Below, piece by piece: positions 15,336 through 24,180 of a stretch of 30,779 nt of DNA (positions are counted from its first letter, which is position 1; every line of letters starts with the position of its first letter). Below the pieces are notes generated by a model. The model did no database searches. It saw only the letters and a list, made by a program, of their open reading frames with translations, and had not been told where the DNA came from. The stretch spans positions 1 through 30,779 of the forward strand of contig JAXDQU010000076.1 in the NCBI GenBank assembly GCA_034667685.1, read 5' to 3'. The translations under genes were made by a program, and so were the position numbers. The stretch is from Thermoplasmata archaeon (GTDB lineage Archaea > Thermoplasmatota > SW-10-69-26 > JACQPN01 > JAJPHT01).

Positions 15336-18300
15336 TTACTCTGCCTTGCGCCGGATGCGCGGGTACACGGCCTGGCCCACGACGACGACCGCGAGGCCGA
15401 TGGTGGTCCAGAGGAACACCGAGGGCGGGCTGGGCTCGGAGAGGGTGATCGTCCTCGTGCTGAAGTGCGCGAGGGTGACGATCGCCTGGAGGCCGGCCTC
15501 GGCCTGCGTCGTGATCAGGTAGTACTTGTCCGCGTTGGGCGTGAGCGCGTCCTGGTACGACTTGGCCTGGCTCAGCTCGTGGCCGTCGACCATGAGCTTC
15601 GCGTTGCCGTCGATCAGGCCGCTGACCGTGTTGCGGTCGAGGCTCAGGATGACGCTCTTGCCGGTGTGCGTGGCGCTGTCGATGGCGACCTGCACCTGGT
15701 CGGTCGTGGCGACCTGCGCGACCGCGAGCACGTTGCCGTAGTAGTTGACGACGGCGCTCGTGGTGGCGTGCGTCGCGGCGTCGGTGTGCACGATGACCTG
15801 GCCCAGGAGCTTGCCGCTCGCGATGGCCTGCGCCTGCGCCTCCTTCTGCGCCTCGGAGAGCTCGCTCTCGAAGCCGCTGAAGGCCTTGAACATCACCGTG
15901 GCGCCAGCATCGAGCCCGGCGGACACTTGTCCGCCGGCTTCTCCGCTGGTCTGGAGCGCGCCGTTGCCGATCGCGATGAGGGCGCCGCTGAAGTCCGGAG
16001 CGCTGAGCATGACGACCTGGTCGTCGAGCTGCGTGGGCTGCACGTTGCTGGCGAGGTCGAAGACCGCATGGGTGTTCTCCGCGGCGGTCGCCTTGAGGAC
16101 GGCCTCGCTCACGTCGAACGCCTCGACGCTGCCCGAGGGGCCGACCCACTTGATGCTGCTGGGGCTGCTGCCCGAGCCGGCGTCGAAGGCCGCGTTGCCC
16201 AGGCGCACCGCGTCGAACACCTTGGTCGTGGTGCCGGCCGCGGCGTCCGCGGAGGCCTTCGCCGCCACGGTGTAGTCGAGCACGAGGCCCGCCTCGGGCT
16301 TGGCGACCAGGCTCACGATCTTGCCGCTCTGCGCGCCGCCGTAGCCGGGCACGAACTCGCCGAAGACGTCGAGCGCGGCGGCCTCGCGGCTCGCCTGGTC
16401 GAGGTTGCTCTTGGCGACGATGCTCGCGGCCTCGCCCGCGGCGAGGTAGGGGACGAGGACGATGACCTGCGTGAGGCCCTCGCTCGTGCCGACCCAGTAC
16501 TGGGCCTGCGCGTTGGCGTTCGCGCTGACGGAGGCGAGCGCCTCGGCCGCGCTGTCCACCGCGACCGCGGCCTTGCCGTTCACGGTGACCGCGACGTCGC
16601 TGGCGGTGCGCGCCGCGAGGGTCGCCTGGTCCGCGACGAGGACGACCGCGGTGGCCTGCGCCTTCGCGGCCGCGTCGTTGACCGCGTCGAGCGTCACGAC
16701 GCCGCGGTGCGTGGCGTCCGCGCCCTGCTTGATCGCGGTGTGGAAGTCCTTGTGGTAGTCGACGTGCACGCCCTCGATGGCGTTGGCGACGTAGCCGACG
16801 CTGGCCTCGCTCCCGACCGCGCCGGAGGCGATCGCCTTGGCGATGATGTCGGCGCTGGCCTTGCCCTGCGCCTCGATGGCGCCGCGGAAGACGAGCTTCT
16901 CGCCCTGCGCGATCTTGGCCTTGACCTCCTCGGTCTTGGAGAGGTCGAACTGCGAGTGCGCGGCGGCGGTGCCGTCGGCGCCCGTGAGGATCAGGTACCC
17001 GACCTTGCCGGCGGGCCCGTCGAGCTCCACGACGTTCGCGGCGTCCGCGAGCGCGTGGGCGCTGATATCATTGGACAGGTGGAAGTCCTCGGTGGCCGCG
17101 AGGTCGGCCTCGGTCTGGATCGCGCTGTAGACCGAGTCGGTGAACTCGGTCGAGGCGGCGACCTGCCCGGCGACCTTCGTGGTCATGATGACCGCGGCGC
17201 CCGCGGTGGCCTGCGCGCTCTCCTTGGCGTAGGCGCTCGCTTCGAGCTGCGCGCGCGAGGTGAACTCGGCGGCCGCGTCGGCGGCGATGTCGCCCGCGAC
17301 CTCGATCTTCGTGAAGATCTCCTGGCTGGAGCGCACGTCCGTGAAGTGGCGCACGCTCGTGTCGCCCTTCGCCTCGCTCGCGAAGAACTCGCTGAAGCTG
17401 CCGATGACCTGGCCGCTCCCCGCGGCGCTGGTCTCCAGGTCGCCCAGCATGCTGTAGCCGCCCTGGATCTGCTCGGTCAACGCGCTCGCGGCGTCGAGCT
17501 CCGCCAGCGTGCTGGCGGCGGCCTCGCCCTGCGCGAGCGCGGCGATGGTCACCTGGGTCGCCGCGTCGACGCGGGCCGCGACGTTGGTCACGACGAGGAC
17601 GCGGCCGTCCACGGCCCACGCCCAGTAGGAGTCGGCGTGCGTCGCGACGTCGGACGCGGCGGAGACGCGCTGCGCGAGCGCGCCATCGACGTAGACTGCG
17701 ACGGAGTCCGCGGTCTGGGCCGGGACGTCGACGTAGTCGAGATCGTAGGCAAGGACCTCGGCGTGGGCGCACGCCTGGGCGGACGCGGACCCAGTCGCGG
17801 CGACGGCCTGGCCTGCGGCGTCCGCGGCGCTGCAAGCCTCGGCGCTGGCCGTGGACTTGAGCGTCGTGGTGACGCGCGTGCTCTCCTTGACCTCGGTGCG
17901 CGCCTGCGCGAAGGCGTGGTACTGCGCCTGCGCGATGAGCTGCGCGCCGCTGGAGAACTCGGTCGTGGCCTCGCCGACGAGCTTGCCGCTCGCCATGAGG
18001 TGCACGACCTCCTGGTTGTACGCGGACGCGGCGGCGTCGATCGCGCCCGTGGCGCGGTTGACGTACGACGCATCCGAGCGGAAGACGAGCTGCGCGCCCT
18101 GCTTGAGCTTGGCCTGCGCGGTGTGCTGGCCGGCGAGCGCGACGTTGCTGCCGTCCTGCGCGGAGTCGTTCTGGTCCGCGCGCAGCAGCACGATGGCGCC
18201 CTGCACGGCGCCGGCGCCCTGGCCCGCGACGCGCCAGACGTTCTGGGCGTCCGCGTCGGGCGAGAGGAGCACGTCGGCCGGCGTGTGGAACGTGACGAAC

Positions 18301-18752
18301 TGGTCGTGCGCGCCCACGGCCTTGATCGTGAGCAGGCTGTTGACGTTGTCCGTCAGCGTGACCAGGAGGTCGTCGTTCTTCATGGCGAGGGACGAGGTCC
18401 CGACGCCCTGGAGCTGGCTGGTGGGCGAGAAGCCCTGGATGTCGATGGCGCTGAAGATGTCCTGCGGGGCGGCCCCCTGGGGGCCGCTGACCGCGAAGTC
18501 CTTGAGCACGCCGTTGCCGCTCGCGTCGGCGCCCGCCTCGGCCAGGAGGCTCGAGACGAGGCTGCCCTGCGCGCGGCCCTGGCCGGCGCCCGCCGGCGTC
18601 ACGTCGAACGTGCCCACCGAGCGGTTCGCCCCGGCGCCCAGCGCGGGCGCGGCGGGGGCGCCCTGCACGAGGGGCGCGCCCAGCGGGGCAAGCAGGATCA
18701 GGAAGGTGAGGCTGGCGACGAGACGATGGGTGTTGCGGGCTTTGGCGTCCAT
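15336..18752 (-). CDS. Large Ala-rich cell-surface protein with three internal repeats and a C-terminal TM anchor (S-layer candidate)
   Basis: Signal peptide, three roughly 370-aa modules, terminal HFSTRTITL followed by a TM helix and RIRRK. RBS GGGGAGG and a structured leader of about 100 nt. Confidence 0.9.
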   Translation of the reverse strand: MDAKARNTHRLVASLTFLILLAPLGAPLVQGAPAAPALGAGANRSVGTFDVTPAGAGQGRAQGSLVSSLLAEAGADASGNGVLKDFAVSGPQGAAPQDIFSAIDIQGFSPTSQLQGVGTSSLAMKNDDLLVTLTDNVNSLLTIKAVGAHDQFVTFHTPADVLLSPDADAQNVWRVAGQGAGAVQGAIVLLRADQNDSAQDGSNVALAGQHTAQAKLKQGAQLVFRSDASYVNRATGAIDAAASAYNQEVVHLMASGKLVGEATTEFSSGAQLIAQAQYHAFAQARTEVKESTRVTTTLKSTASAEACSAADAAGQAVAATGSASAQACAHAEVLAYDLDYVDVPAQTADSVAVYVDGALAQRVSAASDVATHADSYWAWAVDGRVLVVTNVAARVDAATQVTIAALAQGEAAASTLAELDAASALTEQIQGGYSMLGDLETSAAGSGQVIGSFSEFFASEAKGDTSVRHFTDVRSSQEIFTKIEVAGDIAADAAAEFTSRAQLEASAYAKESAQATAGAAVIMTTKVAGQVAASTEFTDSVYSAIQTEADLAATEDFHLSNDISAHALADAANVVELDGPAGKVGYLILTGADGTAAAHSQFDLSKTEEVKAKIAQGEKLVFRGAIEAQGKASADIIAKAIASGAVGSEASVGYVANAIEGVHVDYHKDFHTAIKQGADATHRGVVTLDAVNDAAAKAQATAVVLVADQATLAARTASDVAVTVNGKAAVAVDSAAEALASVSANANAQAQYWVGTSEGLTQVIVLVPYLAAGEAASIVAKSNLDQASREAAALDVFGEFVPGYGGAQSGKIVSLVAKPEAGLVLDYTVAAKASADAAAGTTTKVFDAVRLGNAAFDAGSGSSPSSIKWVGPSGSVEAFDVSEAVLKATAAENTHAVFDLASNVQPTQLDDQVVMLSAPDFSGALIAIGNGALQTSGEAGGQVSAGLDAGATVMFKAFSGFESELSEAQKEAQAQAIASGKLLGQVIVHTDAATHATTSAVVNYYGNVLAVAQVATTDQVQVAIDSATHTGKSVILSLDRNTVSGLIDGNAKLMVDGHELSQAKSYQDALTPNADKYYLITTQAEAGLQAIVTLAHFSTRTITLSEPSPPSVFLWTTIGLAVVVVGQAVYPRIRRKAE

Positions 18753-18859
18753 GGGGATCCTCCCCGCACCCGCTTGACGCGCGCCTGGCCTTCTGGGCGA
18801 CGTTTTCAGGACTCCGGCCGGGTCCCGGAAGGGCGGAGGGCCGGCCGGTCCGACTGGTC

Positions 18860-18921
18860 AACGTGTCGACCCGAACGTTTATCATTCTCTTGGAGGGTCG
18901 AAAGCCGGGGAAGCTTCAGTC
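18860..18921. promoter_or_regulatory. Divergent promoter region between the S-layer-like gene and the lipoprotein operon
   Basis: Single AT-rich patch AACGTTTATCATT (about 18874-18887), positioned about 35 nt before ATG 18922 and ahead of the leader of the minus-strand gene. Confidence 0.5.
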
Positions 18922-19947
18922 ATGCATCTGCGTCTCGCGTCACTTTTTCTCATGGCCGTCGTCCTCGCCGGCTGCACCTCGTCCACGCCGTCCGCGACCG
19001 TCCCGTCGCTGCCCGTGGCGAACCCGGCCGGCGACATCAGCACGGCGTCGGTCTCCAACGCCTCGGGCTCGGGCGGCGGCAACGTCCGCGACGTCGCGGC
19101 GACCGTGCCCACTTTCACTGACGCGACCGCGACCACGGACAACAGCGGCAGCGGCATCGTCTCCTTCAGCGGCACCGTCTCGGACGCCAACGGCGAGTCC
19201 GACCTGGCCTTCGTCTTCGTGAAGGGCACGACGTTCAACGCGACCAACGGCGTCCAGACGCTCGGCGTCAACCACACGATCAACGGCACCGACCGCAGCC
19301 TCACCAGCGAGCCGGGCGCCTTCGGCTCCGACGGCTACAAGGTCTGGGACTGCGGCACGCGCGACGGCATCCTGTGCTTCAAGTACAACCTCCAGGTCGC
19401 GCAGTTCGCCCAGGCCGGCACGTACACGTTCAACGTGACGAGCGGCAAGAACAGCAGCGTCGTGCAGTCCGCGGTGGGCCTCGTGGGCACGACCGTCGTG
19501 ACCTCGTTCAGCCAGATCGACTTCGCCCCCTACCCGGTCGACACGGCCGGCGCGGTGCAGACGGGCTCCAACTGGGGCGCGTGGACCGCGAACCCCGGCG
19601 ACACCAACGTCGTCGCGGGCAACTACCTCAAGCTGACCAACAACGGCGACGTGCCCAACGCGCGCGTCCAGATCAGCTTCAGCGGCACCGCGTTCGTGGG
19701 CGCCAGCGACGGCTCCTGGACCGTGCCCTTCGCCAACAACGTCCAGTTCGCGACGTGCGACGCGGCCGCGGGCGTCGCCCCCAGCGCGTGCACCTTCAGC
19801 GGGTGGAGCGCGGCCAACGCCGGCGCCGTGACCGTCACGTTCGGCGGCAAGGGGCACGTCATCTACGTGCAGTACCGCGTCGTCCAGATGCCCGCGACGC
19901 TCCCGGCGCAGAGCTACGGCGCCTCGTTCACCGCCACGGAGCTGTGA
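18922..19947 (+). CDS. Lipoprotein, paralog 1 (two beta-sandwich-like domains)
   Basis: Lipobox VLAGC. C-domain WGAWTANPG..NYLKLTNNG..IYVQYR..LPAQSYGASFTATEL. Confidence 0.9.
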   Translation: MHLRLASLFLMAVVLAGCTSSTPSATVPSLPVANPAGDISTASVSNASGSGGGNVRDVAATVPTFTDATATTDNSGSGIVSFSGTVSDANGESDLAFVFVKGTTFNATNGVQTLGVNHTINGTDRSLTSEPGAFGSDGYKVWDCGTRDGILCFKYNLQVAQFAQAGTYTFNVTSGKNSSVVQSAVGLVGTTVVTSFSQIDFAPYPVDTAGAVQTGSNWGAWTANPGDTNVVAGNYLKLTNNGDVPNARVQISFSGTAFVGASDGSWTVPFANNVQFATCDAAAGVAPSACTFSGWSAANAGAVTVTFGGKGHVIYVQYRVVQMPATLPAQSYGASFTATEL

Positions 19948-19951
19948 GCAG

Positions 19952-20938
19952 CTGCTCCGCAGGGTCCTCCTCGCCACGTTCATCCTCGCGCTCCTCGCGC
20001 CAAGCGCCGCCGCGTCGAGCTTCACGCTCCTCGCGGACCGGCACATGGCGCAGGGCGCGGGGACCGAGGGCATCACCGTCTTCGCGATGCCCGTGCAGGT
20101 CAACGACCCGGGCTTCGTCTACGCGAAGGTGCTGGCGACGGAGGGCAACGCGGTCAACGACGGCTATCACGCCAACGGCAGCGTCGAAGGGCGCACCGGC
20201 TGGCGCGTGTCGTTCGCGTGGATCTACGCCAACGGCACGCGCGTCGAGCTCGGCGAGTTCGTCGACGGCACGCCCACGCAGCTCGTGCCCGTCGCGCCCG
20301 AGTCCGACCAGCTCGTCATGACGGTGCGCTGGCCCGCGGACGCGCAGACCGTGGGCGGCGCCGACCAGACCGCGTGGACCGCGCTCGCGTTCCGCCAGCA
20401 GGCCTCCAGCGACCCGGGCTCCACCTCGGGCGTCAGCATGGACCAGGCCAAGGCCATCGCCCTCGCGCTCCACTTCGACGCGGGCATCGCCACCGCGCCC
20501 GCCGGCACCGGCGCCACCATCCCCGCCACGCCGCAGGCGCCCACGCCGACGCCCGCGACGCCCACGCCCGCCTCGGGCAACACGAAGCCCCCCACGCCCG
20601 GCGCCAGTCCCAGCCCAAGCGCCAGCCCCAGCCCCAGCCCCAGCCCCAGCCCCAGCCCGGCGGAGCAGAGCCCCACGCCCGCCGTGGGCCCCATCGAGTC
20701 CACCGCGCCCGCCAACCAGGTGCAGCTTGTCTACGTCGCGCCCCCGACGTGGTTCTACGCCACGCTCGCCGTGGTCGCCGTCGTCGCGGTCGCGAGCCTG
20801 CTCCTCGTCGCGGTCGGCCTCGTGCTCCTCGCGCGCGCCCGCCGCCGCGCCCCGCTGATGCGCCGCGTCGTGCGCGTGCCGGTGCGCGTGCACGCGCAGT
20901 CCGAGCGCACCGTCGAGGAGCCGCGCCAGGAGGAATGA
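19952..20938 (+). CDS. Secreted protein with Pro/Thr/Ser linker and C-terminal TM anchor, probable CTG start
   Basis: The frame of ORF 20045..20938 extends upstream into an intact signal peptide (LLRRVLLATFILALLAPSAAA) beginning at CTG 19952, 4 nt after the previous stop. Confidence 0.8.
   Translation: MLRRVLLATFILALLAPSAAASSFTLLADRHMAQGAGTEGITVFAMPVQVNDPGFVYAKVLATEGNAVNDGYHANGSVEGRTGWRVSFAWIYANGTRVELGEFVDGTPTQLVPVAPESDQLVMTVRWPADAQTVGGADQTAWTALAFRQQASSDPGSTSGVSMDQAKAIALALHFDAGIATAPAGTGATIPATPQAPTPTPATPTPASGNTKPPTPGASPSPSASPSPSPSPSPSPAEQSPTPAVGPIESTAPANQVQLVYVAPPTWFYATLAVVAVVAVASLLLVAVGLVLLARARRRAPLMRRVVRVPVRVHAQSERTVEEPRQEE
20604..20659 (+). repeat. Coding hexamer tandem repeat (AGCCCC)n encoding a Ser-Pro linker
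   Basis: Encodes SPSPSASPSPSPSPSPSP. Confidence 0.85.
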
Positions 20939-20941
20939 GGC

Positions 20942-22048
20942 GTGCGCGCCCTCGTCCTCGCGCTCGCGCTGGGCGTCCTGCTCGCCGGCTGCACGAGCCT
21001 CGACCCACGCATCTCGCGGGCCGACGTCAATGATAGCACCGACGCGCCGGCCGCCGACGTGACGACGCCCGATGCCACCGACACCGCCCCAGCCCCGGAC
21101 GTGGCCGCGCCCGTGGCCGACGCGGCGCCCGCGCCGGACCCCTCCGCCGAGCCCGCGCCGGAGCCCTCCGTCGAGCCGGCCCCGCCCGAGGAACATGCGA
21201 CGGCGCCGCCCGACGAGAACGCCACCGTCCCCACCAACGACACCACGCCCCCGCCGCCGGCCGCGCCCGCGCCGCTGGCCTTCACGCTGGGCCCGATCGC
21301 CTCCTCCACCGACCTCGTGGAGGCCGGCTCGCCGGGCGCGCTGGTGAGCGGCGTGGCGAGCGGTCCGGGCGCGTCGGGCATCGTCGCCTTCGAGGTGCGC
21401 GGCGCGCTGGCGGGCTCGGAGGATATCATCCTCGACCAGACGCCCGAGGGGTGCAGCGCGCAGCCCGCGCCGGAGGGCGGCCTCTCGTTCGCGTGCCGCT
21501 TCTACGCGCCGCGCGGCGCCGACGCGGGCGTCTACGCCGTGGTGGTGGAGGCGCGCGGGGCGGACGGCGGCGTCGCGGACTCCCGCCCGATCGACGTCGA
21601 GGTGGCGCCCGTGACCGAGATCACCATCGGCGCGCCCGCCGACGCGTCGGGCAACGTCTCGTCGATCCCCGTCTGGGGCGGCTGGGCGGCGCGGCCGGGC
21701 GCCACGGGCGTGAGCGCGGCCAACTACTTCCGCATCCTGAACACGGGCGACGATCCCGCGACGCGCGCCGTCATCGACCTGGGCACGCAGGGGTTCGTCG
21801 GGCAGTACGACGCGCGTTTCGTGATCCCGACGCAGAACAACGTCGAGTTCGCGTGGTTCGAGGTGCCTCCCGGCGCCGCGCCCGCGGGGCACGTCCTCGC
21901 GTGGCACAACGGCACCGGCGCCGCGTCCGACACGCTGGCCTTCACGCAGAAGGGCGGCGTCATCTACGTCGCCTACCGCATCGCGCAGATGCCGTCCATC
22001 CTTCCCGCGCAGCCCTACGTGGCGAGCGTGACGGTCACGGAGGTGTGA
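20942..22048 (+). CDS. Lipoprotein, paralog 2 (Pro/Asp-rich linker plus shared C-domain)
   Basis: RBS GGAGG, lipobox LLAGC. WGGWAARPG..NYFRILNTG..IYVAYR..LPAQPYVASVTVTEV. Confidence 0.9.
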   Translation: MRALVLALALGVLLAGCTSLDPRISRADVNDSTDAPAADVTTPDATDTAPAPDVAAPVADAAPAPDPSAEPAPEPSVEPAPPEEHATAPPDENATVPTNDTTPPPPAAPAPLAFTLGPIASSTDLVEAGSPGALVSGVASGPGASGIVAFEVRGALAGSEDIILDQTPEGCSAQPAPEGGLSFACRFYAPRGADAGVYAVVVEARGADGGVADSRPIDVEVAPVTEITIGAPADASGNVSSIPVWGGWAARPGATGVSAANYFRILNTGDDPATRAVIDLGTQGFVGQYDARFVIPTQNNVEFAWFEVPPGAAPAGHVLAWHNGTGAASDTLAFTQKGGVIYVAYRIAQMPSILPAQPYVASVTVTEV

Positions 22049-23349
22049 GGCTGGCGCGCGGCGTCGCGGTCCTGCTGGCGGTCCTCCTGCTGGCGGGGTG
22101 CACGCGCCACGAGGATCCTCTGGCCCCCGCGTCCTCGGGCGGCGGCGCCGTGCTCGACGTGCCGGCGTACTTCAGCGCGCTCGCGTCCGACGCCACGCAG
22201 GTGGACGACGGAGGCGCCGCGCAGGTCGTGCTATCCGGAACGATCCAGGACAACAACAGCGAGACGGACGTCGCGTGGATCGGCGCCTCGCTCCTGGGAA
22301 GCGCGGCCGCGAGCGTCAACCACACGGTGACGGCCGCCGAGCGCGCCGCCTCGGCCGAGCCCGCCTCCTTCGGCGCGGACGGCGTGAAGGTCTGGACGGG
22401 CGCCAGCGCGATCGACGGCGCGCTCCTCTTCAAGTGGCGCGTCGGCGTCACGAGCGCGTTCCCGCCCGGGCTCTACGTCCTCAACGCGAGCGAAGGCAAC
22501 CCCGGCGCGCGCGTCTACGGGCCGCAGCTTCCGCTCACCGTCACGAAGCCCACCAACGTCGCCGTCGCGGCCTGGCCCGTGGACGCGAGCGGCGCGGCGC
22601 AGACCGGCGTCTCGTGGGGCGCGTGGAACGCGTCGCCGGGCGCCACAAGCGTGACGTCGGGCAACTACCTCAAGCTCGTCAACCAGGGCGGGCTCTCGCG
22701 CCCCGTCGTCGTGGTGGACTTCAACGACCTCGCGTTCTCAGGCGCGAGCGACCCGGCGTACACGATCCCGATCAACGGCAACGTCGCCTTCGCCTGGTGG
22801 GACGACGCCACGCCCAACCTCACCGCGCCCAGCGAGGGCGCCTACAATTTCGTGACGAGCGCCGACGGCTCGCTCACCGTGCAGTTCGGCAACGCCAGCG
22901 ACATCATCTACGTCGCGTACCGCGTGCTCAGCCTGCCCAGCGTGCTCCCCACGCAGACCTACGCGGCGTCGTTCACCGCGACCGACACGGGCGGCGACGA
23001 CGGCGCGAACGCGCTGCCCGACCTCGTGATGACGAGCCTCACGCCCTCCAACCTGGCGCCGCACCACCCCGCGGCCGTGACGTTCAACGCGACGTTGGTG
23101 AACATCGGCCTGGGCGGCGTGGGCGCGAGCGGCGCCAACGTCACCTTCCTCGCGTCGGGCTCCACGTTCGCGACGGTGCACGTCGCCGGGCCCATCGCCT
23201 CCGGCGCGAACGTGACGCTGACGACGCCGAGCTTCACCACGAGCAAGGGCACGTTCACCATCGTCGCGCGCGCCGACGCCGAGGGCGCGGTCGTCGAGAC
23301 GGTGGACGCCAACAACGACGTGACGTACGCCAGCTACGTCGTGTCCTGA
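22045..23349 (+). CDS. Lipoprotein, paralog 3, with added C-terminal CARDB-like Ig domain
   Basis: GTGA start/stop overlap, RBS GGAG, lipobox LLAGC. WGAWNASPG..NYLKLVNQG..IYVAYR..LPTQTYAASFTAT, then PDLVMTSL..NIG..ADAEGAVVETVDANN (CARDB pattern). Confidence 0.9.
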   Translation: MRLARGVAVLLAVLLLAGCTRHEDPLAPASSGGGAVLDVPAYFSALASDATQVDDGGAAQVVLSGTIQDNNSETDVAWIGASLLGSAAASVNHTVTAAERAASAEPASFGADGVKVWTGASAIDGALLFKWRVGVTSAFPPGLYVLNASEGNPGARVYGPQLPLTVTKPTNVAVAAWPVDASGAAQTGVSWGAWNASPGATSVTSGNYLKLVNQGGLSRPVVVVDFNDLAFSGASDPAYTIPINGNVAFAWWDDATPNLTAPSEGAYNFVTSADGSLTVQFGNASDIIYVAYRVLSLPSVLPTQTYAASFTATDTGGDDGANALPDLVMTSLTPSNLAPHHPAAVTFNATLVNIGLGGVGASGANVTFLASGSTFATVHVAGPIASGANVTLTTPSFTTSKGTFTIVARADAEGAVVETVDANNDVTYASYVVS

Positions 23350-24140
23350 GCGCGCACCCGCGAGGCCGCGGTCGTGTGCAGCTCGTTGGCCGTGCCGCGC
23401 ACGCGCGTCTCCAGCGCGTCGACGGCCACGCGCGAGCCGGGCGCCAGCGCGCGCGCCTGCTTGACGCAGTCGTCGTGCAGCACGACGCGCGCCTTGCCCG
23501 CGGGCGTGCGCACGTCGAGGTCGGCGAGGAACTCGACGCCGCCCGCGGGCTTGGGCTGCGCGCGCGTCGCGGAGAGCGCGACCACCTCGCCCGCGATCTC
23601 GCGGGGCGCTTCGGGCGCCGGCTCGTCCGTCTGCACGTCGGCGAGGAGCTTGCGCTTCGCCGCGTCGGGCGCCCCTTCGACCTCCAGGACGGTCCACGGG
23701 CCGACGTGCAGCTCGACGCCCCACTTGCTCTCCTTCACGCGCGCGTTGACGAGCGTGAGGCGCGCGCCGACGCGCAGCGTGCCATCGAGCGTCTTGTCGA
23801 CGTCGCGGTCCCAGAGCACGACGCGCGCCTCGCCCGTCGCGTCCGTTACCAGGAGGTTGCACACGCGCCCCTCGGGCCGCCCCTCGCGCTGGAACGTGCG
23901 CGGCGCGTCGATGCGCGAGACGGCCACGCGCACGGTCGCCTCGCCGCGCCCCGCGAGGTCGTCGAGCGTCGCGTACGCGCCTTCGTTGAAGCCCAGCTCG
24001 TCGAGCACCAGCAGCGCCAGCGCCTCGTCGTCGAGCAGCTCGCCGAACTCCGCCCGCGCGGCGCGGATGCGCGCGAGGAACTCCTCCTCGCTCATCTTGC
24101 CGGCGAGCTTCGCGTAGTGGGACGCGAGGGCGGGGTCCAC
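23334..24140 (-). CDS. Replication protein A / single-stranded DNA-binding protein (OB folds)
   Basis: N-terminal EFGELLDDEALALLV helix typical of euryarchaeal RPA. OB fold PRTFQREG..GRVCNLLVTDATGEARVVLWD..NARVK..ELHVG, plus a second degenerate OB fold. Confidence 0.85.
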   Translation of the reverse strand: MDPALASHYAKLAGKMSEEEFLARIRAARAEFGELLDDEALALLVLDELGFNEGAYATLDDLAGRGEATVRVAVSRIDAPRTFQREGRPEGRVCNLLVTDATGEARVVLWDRDVDKTLDGTLRVGARLTLVNARVKESKWGVELHVGPWTVLEVEGAPDAAKRKLLADVQTDEPAPEAPREIAGEVVALSATRAQPKPAGGVEFLADLDVRTPAGKARVVLHDDCVKQARALAPGSRVAVDALETRVRGTANELHTTAASRVRAQDTT

Positions 24141-24180
24141 GCGGGACGACGCGCCCGCCCTCGCTTGAGCATTGTCCCGT

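Noticed and set aside
18800-18850. SRP RNA-like CCCGGAAGGG motif
   Set aside because: Lacks the flanking CAGG/AGCAG helix-8 signature and space for a roughly 300-nt RNA. Better explained as the leader of the surface-protein gene.
15222-19121. 1299-aa plus-strand ORF and many other long overlapping ORFs (e.g. 47..1168, 9420..11594, 17068..18885, 19928..21907, 22098..24245, 26208..28193)
   Set aside because: Shadow frames of real high-GC genes: Arg/Gly/Ala-rich, no motifs, and stop codons are rare at this GC content.
5031-24140. Dedicated nucleic-acid repair island (archease, radA, AlkD-like, rtcB, RPA)
   Set aside because: The genes are dispersed, on different strands and separated by unrelated genes. 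Co-location may be chance without synteny data.
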